Assembly (NCBI GenBank): GCA_046050355.1
Contig: JBJOPW010000011.1
Coordinates: 1 to 36,049, forward strand
Length of the DNA stretch: 36,049 nt
Reading direction: 5' to 3'
Origin: Candidatus Parcubacteria bacterium
Lineage (GTDB): Bacteria > Patescibacteriota > Minisyncoccia > Phycocordibacterales > UBA918
Shown here: positions 30,279 through 36,049 of the stretch, piece after piece
How positions within the stretch are numbered: position 1 is the stretch's first letter
Layout: every line of letters starts with the position of its first letter
Notes under the pieces: model-generated
Seen by the model: the letters and a program-made list of their open reading frames with translations, nothing else
Database searches by the model: none
Told to the model about the DNA's origin: nothing
Made by a program: the position numbers and the translations under genes

Positions 30279-30938
30279 ATGCGTGAAGATGAAATTGTAA
30301 ACGCCACCTCAGCTGCTATTGAAGTTATTGGTGTTGATATGTTGACACCGCTCCTCATGTTTATTTTTGGGGCGGACGGTTTATTTGCTGGTTTTACGGT
30401 CGCTGAGGCGTCTGCTTTGTTTGCGTCATTTTGGTCAGTCTTTGCAATACTGTCTTACATCATCTCAGCGATCTTCTTGTTTTTATATGTCTATGCCTCG
30501 GTTAATGTAGGGGAATTGTATGAAGAAGAAGATCATCATAATCGTGCACTTGAAGAAGCGTATCGCCGCAAGATGACCGGCGGTGCCACTACCAGTCGCT
30601 TCAATGATATGAAAAACCATATCAATTCTGAAAATCCAAACGACTGGAAGCTTGCGATCATCGAAGCCGATATCATTCTTGATGAAGCCCTCAAGCGACA
30701 GGGGTATGCTGGTACCTCACTTGGTGAGCGACTACGGAGTATTTCACCAGCCGCGATGCGTACACTCGATGATGCCTGGGAGGCGCACAAGATTCGTAAC
30801 GAAATTGCCCATAGTGGGGTCGACTTTGTCCTCACCCACAAACTCGCCCGCGAGACGATTGTACGTTACGAACGGGTGTTTGGTGAGCTTGGTCTTTTAG
30901 ACACTGGCCATGGGGGAGGCGGTCATGGTCATCATTAA
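30279..30938 (+). CDS. Hypothetical membrane protein with Gly/His tail
   Basis: TM helix, WKLAIIEAD..LD, GERL, AWEAHK.RN.IAH (HEPN-like RxxxxH), C-terminal GHGGGGHGHH. Confidence 0.75.
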   Translation: MREDEIVNATSAAIEVIGVDMLTPLLMFIFGADGLFAGFTVAEASALFASFWSVFAILSYIISAIFLFLYVYASVNVGELYEEEDHHNRALEEAYRRKMTGGATTSRFNDMKNHINSENPNDWKLAIIEADIILDEALKRQGYAGTSLGERLRSISPAAMRTLDDAWEAHKIRNEIAHSGVDFVLTHKLARETIVRYERVFGELGLLDTGHGGGGHGHH

Positions 30939-30969
30939 TCTGAATCTGTAAACACTAGTGCAATTTTTT

Positions 30970-31833
30970 ATGGGAGCATGGGGGACAAGAATAGACGATG
31001 ATGATTTTGCGTTAGATGTAATCACAGAATATTTTGAACTCTATGATAATGGAGTCAATCCAAAATCTATTCGCAGACAACTAGAAGAGAATAATGTGTC
31101 AGAAATTGCTGATCCTGATGAAGGTTATTTATTTTGGTTTGCACTCGCAAAGGCCCAATGGGATGTTGGTTCGCTTGATGATGATGTATTCAAAAAGGTA
31201 GTACAAATAGTTGAAAGTGATATTGATACACGGAGATGGATTTCATTGGAAGGGTTTAGGCCAGAAAAACGTAAACAATCAGTAAAAGAATTTGTTGAAA
31301 AGATAAGGACACCTAGGGAGAAACCCCGTAAGCGTAAAATAAAGCGTTTAAGAAGTGCCCCGTTTGAGACGGGTGACGTGCTTGTTTTTGAGACAAGTGA
31401 CAAAGAATACGGTGCTTGTGTAATACTCTCGGCAGAAAAAGATACTGACTACGGCACACTTCAACTTGTTTTTACCAATATAAAACAAAAAAAGAAACCC
31501 ACTATTCAAAACGTTATTGATTCAAATATACTCATCTTTCTCGCAAAGCATGAATTTTATACCAAACACATAGTTGAAGCCTTTAATATAAGCGTCTTTT
31601 TCCCTAGGAAAGATAAAGATAATTGGTTAAAGTTTGAAATAATCGGCCGGGTCCAAATTAAAAAAGTACGTGAAAAAATAACGGTTCATTCTAGTTGGAG
31701 TTATCTAATTGAACCATTTGAATACAGGATTCAAAGGCAGTCGACACAAAAAATTTCCTTAAAGAAGTTTATTGGTTATTCAATTGTTCAAAAGATTAAA
31801 GTTTTGTCCATTGTTAATAATCCTCTTGCTTAA
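30970..31833 (+). CDS. AT-rich hypothetical protein (MGAWG/DUF4259-like N-terminus)
   Basis: Likely start is ATG 30970 (MGAWGT...DDD.ALD); composition differs from neighbouring genes. Confidence 0.65.
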   Translation: MGAWGTRIDDDDFALDVITEYFELYDNGVNPKSIRRQLEENNVSEIADPDEGYLFWFALAKAQWDVGSLDDDVFKKVVQIVESDIDTRRWISLEGFRPEKRKQSVKEFVEKIRTPREKPRKRKIKRLRSAPFETGDVLVFETSDKEYGACVILSAEKDTDYGTLQLVFTNIKQKKKPTIQNVIDSNILIFLAKHEFYTKHIVEAFNISVFFPRKDKDNWLKFEIIGRVQIKKVREKITVHSSWSYLIEPFEYRIQRQSTQKISLKKFIGYSIVQKIKVLSIVNNPLA

Positions 31834-31882
31834 CAACAATTACAAAACAACCACCCTTAGGGTGGTTGTTTTGTAATTGTTG
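31834..31882. terminator. Long perfect hairpin between the convergent CDS and tRNA
   Basis: CAACAATTACAAAACAACCACCC-tta-GGGTGGTTGTTTTGTAATTGTTG. Confidence 0.7.
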
Positions 31883-31950
31883 CGGGTCCCGGAATCGAAC
31901 CGGGGTCTGGAGGTTATGAGCCTCCCGAGGTACCTCTCCTCTAACCCGCT
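31880..31950 (-). tRNA. tRNA-Met(CAT), probably initiator
   Basis: GGAGG-CTCATAA-CCTCC anticodon arm, GGTTCGATTCC T arm, unpaired 1:72 (A:A), GCGGG acceptor stem resembling fMet tRNAs. Confidence 0.85.
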
Positions 31951-32052
31951 ATAGCATTAGCTGCTTTTTTGCAGTGACGAGACTATACAATGTTTTAAAA
32001 AATATTGCAAATTATTTTCTCGTTTTTCTGTCGGTGGTATACTGCTGCATAT

Positions 32053-32757
32053 ATGCAATGTGTCATTCTCGCTGCGGGAAAGGGGACTCGTCTCCGCCCA
32101 TTAACTGATAATACGCCAAAACAATTGGTGGCGGTGCAGGGTCGACCGCTCCTTGATCATATTGTCGAAGCGCTTCCAAGTGCCATCGATGAAATTATCA
32201 TGGTTGCCGGCTACCTCGAAGACCAAATCAAAGCCCATTGCGGAGACACTTATATGGGTCGCAAGATGACCTATATCACCCAAGAGACACCATCGGGGAC
32301 AGCCAAAGCACTATGGCTCTGCAAAGACCTACTCAAAGGCCGCTTTCTCTTTATGTTTGGCGATGATATCCATGGAGCGAACGATCTAGCTCGGGTGACA
32401 TCTTTTAGTCGGGCGCTTCTTGCGATGCCGACGAAGACCCCAGAGCGTTTTGGGATTGTGGTGCGTCACCCCGATGGGACGGTGGCTGAGTTTGTCGAAA
32501 AGCCAGCGCATCCACCATCCAATCTTGCCTCAACAGGGGTGATGGTACTCGATACGCATATTTTTGAATTTGATATTAAAGTCGAACGAAATGGGGAGTA
32601 CTACCTGACCGATGTGATTGCGGAATATGTCGAAAAGTATCCAATGGCAGTGGTAGAGCAAGAGCTCTGGATTCCGATTGGCTACCCTGAGGACATTACC
32701 CGCGCCGAGACTATCCTCGAAAGTCGGGAGAAAAACCTCATGTACGGCCTCGTCTAA
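32053..32757 (+). CDS. Sugar-phosphate nucleotidyltransferase family protein
   Basis: VILAAGKGTRLRPLT...PK, GTA.AL, GDD, FVEKP, GEYYLTD. Confidence 0.9.
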   Translation: MQCVILAAGKGTRLRPLTDNTPKQLVAVQGRPLLDHIVEALPSAIDEIIMVAGYLEDQIKAHCGDTYMGRKMTYITQETPSGTAKALWLCKDLLKGRFLFMFGDDIHGANDLARVTSFSRALLAMPTKTPERFGIVVRHPDGTVAEFVEKPAHPPSNLASTGVMVLDTHIFEFDIKVERNGEYYLTDVIAEYVEKYPMAVVEQELWIPIGYPEDITRAETILESREKNLMYGLV

Positions 32758-32825
32758 GGCGGGGGAAGAGGGACTAGAATAATTTTAATCTTCTGGTATA
32801 CTCCTAGCACTTCGCAAGGAGTCAT

Positions 32826-32899
32826 GTCGATGTAGCTCAGTTGGTTAGAGCGTAGCACTCATAAAGCTAAGGTCGGAGGATCGTTCCCTCCCATCGACA
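32826..32899 (+). tRNA. tRNA with CAT anticodon (elongator Met or Ile2)
   Basis: GTCGATG/CATCGAC acceptor, canonical D arm, CTCATAA loop; atypical T-loop ATCGTTC. Confidence 0.8.
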
Positions 32900-32924
32900 C
32901 AAGAAACACCCGTCAGGGTGTTTT

Positions 32925-33057
32925 GTGTTGATGGAGAACAGTCTGGGAGACTGTTTGTGAGGGAACGATGACCTTTTCTAGACGTTTGTGAGCCCTGCGA
33001 AACAAACGACAGAAAAGGTGTACTGATTCTGTAAGAATCGTCCTCCCATCGACACAA
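32925..33057. repeat. Inverted plus direct copy of the tRNA(CAT) 3' end around a hairpin spacer
   Basis: Inverted copy 32925-32969 with insert 32935-32958; direct copy 33042-33057. Confidence 0.8.
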
Positions 33058-33122
33058 TAACAAAACAACCACCTGTAAGGTGGTTGTTTTGTTATATAAT
33101 GTATAGGTAGTATCACTGTCAT

Positions 33123-33797
33123 ATGCCTATACCGAAAAATTATAATAAAGACTTTTTCAAAACCTGGTCGAGTGACATGGCGTATATTCTTGGGTTTTTG
33201 TATGCGGATGGCAACATTGTTAAAACAAAAAGAGGAACACATTTTGTTGCAATTTATACTGCAGATAAAGATTTGTTGACACAAATGCAAACATCGCTTG
33301 GTTCTGATCATAAAATTGCAGCGAGAATGTCAAATACTGGTGCAGTATATCGATTACAGATTGGAAGCCAAAAGTGGTTTGAAGATTTGCACGAAATTGG
33401 CTTAAAACCGAATAAAACTAATCGAATGTCACTCCCAGATTTGCCGTCTCAATTTATTGGAGATTTTATCCGCGGTTATTTTGATGGTGACGGAAACGTT
33501 TGGACGGGTTTGATACATAAAGATCGACCTACAAAACATACTGTGCTTCAAGTAGCATTTACTTCGGCATCCCTTGAGTTCTTAAAAGAACTACAGACAT
33601 CGTTAAAGGTATTAGGTGTTATAGGTGGTAGTGTCAGAAACTCAAATAAAGGTAATTATGCTCGACTGAGTTTCAGTACCGAGGATGCTTTGACAATTCA
33701 TAAAATCATGTATAATGGTGCCCACAAACTATATTTGCCTCGAAAGAAGCAAGTGTTTGATAAGTTTGTTAACTGCGGTGGTAGCTCAACTGGTTAG
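33123..33797 (+). CDS. Free-standing double-motif LAGLIDADG homing endonuclease
   Basis: YILGFLYADG and FIRGYFDGDG motifs; the last 23 nt overlap the tRNA-Asp 5' exon. Confidence 0.88.
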   Translation: MPIPKNYNKDFFKTWSSDMAYILGFLYADGNIVKTKRGTHFVAIYTADKDLLTQMQTSLGSDHKIAARMSNTGAVYRLQIGSQKWFEDLHEIGLKPNKTNRMSLPDLPSQFIGDFIRGYFDGDGNVWTGLIHKDRPTKHTVLQVAFTSASLEFLKELQTSLKVLGVIGGSVRNSNKGNYARLSFSTEDALTIHKIMYNGAHKLYLPRKKQVFDKFVNCGGSSTG

Positions 33798-34063
33798 AGC
33801 ACCCGCCTGTAGACGTGCAGCTTTCTGTTGGAAACGCAGATTGAAACTCTCCTGGATATCGGTGAAGGCTAAGTCTCATAGAGATATGCGAATACCGAGG
33901 GAACCTCACACATCAAAACACATAGTGTGAGGGCGCCGTAGAGACTAGATACAGGGGTACCTAAAAGTCGAAAGATTCATGGTAAAGATATAGTCCACGC
34001 CGGTACGAAAGTATTGGAAGCAGTGCACGCGGGAGGTTGCGGGTTCAAGTCCCGTCTACCGCG
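33775..34063 (+). tRNA. tRNA-Asp(GTC) interrupted by an intron (exons 33775-33810 and 34026-34063)
   Basis: Joining the exons gives CCCGC-CTGTCAC-GCGGG anticodon arm, GCGGTGG/CTACCGC acceptor, G73 and GGTTCAAGTCC T arm. Confidence 0.9.
33811..34025 (+). ncRNA. Group I intron at anticodon position 35/36
   Basis: Exon ends in U that can pair with G in P1 (CTGT/GCAG); P7 elements GTAGAGACTA and AAGATATAGTCC; terminal G; 215 nt with no ORF. Confidence 0.88.
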
Positions 34064-34103
34064 CAGTTATACAAAAGCAGTCCGAACAGGACTGCTTTTG
34101 TAA

Positions 34104-34484
34104 TATAACTGGAGCGAGTAGACGGGACTTGAACCGAGGTGCGACGAAGTCCGCAGACGAGCTTTGCGAGTCGAGGACCGCACCGAGTGGAGGTCAATAG
34201 AGTGAGTTAGATTATGAGAGAAACGAAATAATCTAACCACGAGAGTGACCAAGTCCCGTCTACCGCGCAGTTAGGTAAACACAAAACACGGCTTAATAAC
34301 TATGCCGTGTTTTGTGTTTAGCAAGCAAACTGCTTTGCTTGCGTGCCTAACTGCGAGCCGGAGACATGTCGCTTAGCGACAGTCGAGGTGGGGTCGAGAG
34401 TACTTACCAGAATAGGAGCAAAGCGAACTATTCTGGTTAGTAACTCGTGACCAGTTAATTATTTGTGACCAAGTCCCGTCTACC
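34104..34484. repeat. Inverted and direct copies of the tRNA-Asp 3' end with hairpin spacers
   Basis: Inverted copy 34118-34135; direct copies 34250-34273 and 34470-34484, both preceded by GTGAC; degenerate inverted copy near 34347-34368. Confidence 0.85.
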
Positions 34485-34504
34485 CAAGATGCTATAATAT
34501 ACGT

Positions 34505-35101
34505 ATGCCAAAATCCCTCATCCCAGTTGTATCATTTTCCGCCTTATACCTTATCGCTGGGGGTATCTATTTCTTTCGTGACCTCAACCTCGAATTTGTC
34601 ATCTACGTGGCAGTAATCGTAGCTATCTTTGCGGGTGTATTTGCGACACTGCGCCACACACAATTTCCGGTCTGGATGTTGTGGTTCCTCTCTATCTGGG
34701 GACTGATGCATGTGGCTGGTGGGGCAGTGCAGACGGTTGATGGGGTCCTCTTTGCATACAGGATTTATCCCTTCCTTGATCTGGGGGGAGATTTCTACAT
34801 CCTCAAGTACGACCAGGTGGTCCATGCGTATCTCTATGGACTCGTAGCGATGATGGCGTATCACACACTACGGGTACCCTTAGGTATCAAGGGACATACT
34901 TTTCTTATTGCCTTGGCTGCTGCCATGATTTCACTTGGGATTAGCGGACTTAATGAAATCATGGAATTCTTGATTGCGGTGACGGTTGAGCGCAATGGTG
35001 TCGGCGGCTATGAAAATGCCATGCTTGATCTCATCTTTAATGTGAGCGGGGCCACCATTGCAGTGGTGGGGTATAGTATTGCTGTTTGGTGTAAAAGATA
35101 A
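34505..35101 (+). CDS. DUF2238-like integral membrane protein
   Basis: Multiple TM helices; H..GG, YDQVVH, NEI.EF, D motifs. Confidence 0.7.
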   Translation: MPKSLIPVVSFSALYLIAGGIYFFRDLNLEFVIYVAVIVAIFAGVFATLRHTQFPVWMLWFLSIWGLMHVAGGAVQTVDGVLFAYRIYPFLDLGGDFYILKYDQVVHAYLYGLVAMMAYHTLRVPLGIKGHTFLIALAAAMISLGISGLNEIMEFLIAVTVERNGVGGYENAMLDLIFNVSGATIAVVGYSIAVWCKR

Positions 35102-35105
35102 ACCT

Positions 35106-35654
35106 ATGTCCTTAGAGCAAGTTCCTGAAATTACCATTGGTCCAAGTACACCGGAAGATTACGAAGCTTGTTTGCGGATTCAACAAGCTGCGGCTCTTGA
35201 ACGGTACCCAAATAGTGAGATTGGTATTACTCGAGAAGATATCGAAGCTGACTATGCACCATATGTACAAAGTGAGGCTATAACAACAGAAACAAACCGA
35301 ATTGCTGCTACTGAACCTGATATCAACCATGCTCAGTTAGTAGCCAAAGAGAATGGTCAAGTGGTGGGCTTTTGCGACATAAAGGTCGAAGCAGAATACA
35401 ATCAATTGTTGAGCTTCTATGTTGACCCATTACAACAGTCACGAGGCATAGGGAAAGCGCTTTGGGCTGAGGCGCAAAAGAAGCTTGTTTCCAAAAACCC
35501 GACAATTGTCTACGTATTACCATACAATGAACAAGCCATTGCTTTTTATGAATCGCTTGATTTTATGATGACCGATTCTGTATCTGACAAGACGGGTAGC
35601 TTGATGGCAAGCGGAGCGGTGATGCCAAAACCGGTACTTATGATACGACAATAA
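35106..35654 (+). CDS. GNAT family N-acetyltransferase
   Basis: YVDP..QSRGIGKAL and N..AI.FY...F motifs; likely start is ATG 35106. Confidence 0.85.
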   Translation: MSLEQVPEITIGPSTPEDYEACLRIQQAAALERYPNSEIGITREDIEADYAPYVQSEAITTETNRIAATEPDINHAQLVAKENGQVVGFCDIKVEAEYNQLLSFYVDPLQQSRGIGKALWAEAQKKLVSKNPTIVYVLPYNEQAIAFYESLDFMMTDSVSDKTGSLMASGAVMPKPVLMIRQ

Positions 35655-35684
35655 CAAAAGACTCCCGTAAGGGGAGTCTTTTGT

Positions 35685-35868
35685 TATGTGAGCCAACGCC
35701 CAGGATTGGTCACGAATCACTAAGTAGAATCTTTCACTACGTTCAGATTCTACTAAGTGTTCTCGACCCCACCTCGCGGTTTTTGCTTTTTTGTGAAGCA
35801 AAAACATCGCTGCGGTTTTCAATTCTGGACGAAAGCCAAACTAATGGCTTTCTACATCGGCTCACATA
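35685..35868. repeat. Direct plus inverted copy of the tRNA-Thr 3' end around a hairpin spacer
   Basis: Direct copy 35685-35706; inverted copy 35818-35868 with insert 35829-35853. Confidence 0.8.
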
Positions 35869-35906
35869 CTAAAACACGCTCCCCGAGGAGCGTGTTTTAG
35901 TATGTG

Positions 35907-35979
35907 AGCCAATGTCCAGGATCGAACTGGAGACCTCATCCTTACCATGGATGTGCTCTACCAACTGAGCTACATTGGC
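35907..35979 (-). tRNA. tRNA-Thr(GGT)
   Basis: GCCAATG/CATTGGC acceptor, CATCC-ATGGTAA-GGATG anticodon arm, TTCGATC T-loop. Confidence 0.93.
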
Positions 35980-36049
35980 GATAGAACCAGGAAAGGTCAC
36001 TAGTATCACGACTACTTTTGCCGCTTAGTCCATTATAGTTACGGACGAC

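Noticed and set aside
33715-33930. 71-aa ORF as an intron-encoded protein
   Set aside because: It spans the nuclease end, the tRNA exon and the intron core; the intron is too short and structured to encode a protein.

Overview
Probably a Patescibacteria (CPR, Parcubacteria-like) chromosome segment; this is inferred from gene content, tRNAs without encoded CCA and the style of the type IV pilus operon. About 1-10 kb looks like an integrated element. It carries the 5' end of a serine recombinase, a C4-like structured leader in front of an OB-fold membrane protein, and a complete diversity-generating retroelement (RT, antiparallel avd, TR 2441-2560, target gene with VR 2921-3040). It also carries terL, a terS-like gene and a ParB-methyltransferase, but no portal or capsid gene is visible. 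The rest is host backbone: small accessory genes, tRNA-Ser(ACT), comF, a full type IV pilus/competence cluster, ligA, gatCA, two CAT-anticodon tRNAs, a LAGLIDADG gene overlapping a group I intron-containing tRNA-Asp, and tRNA-Thr. The most unusual non-coding signal is at the tRNAs. Four different tRNA genes are flanked by alternating inverted and direct copies of their own ends, separated by related hairpin cassettes. These share a 12-nt loop motif, and four inverted copies carry a hairpin inserted at the same tRNA position (64/65). All calls come from reading the sequence and motifs by eye; no database searches were run.
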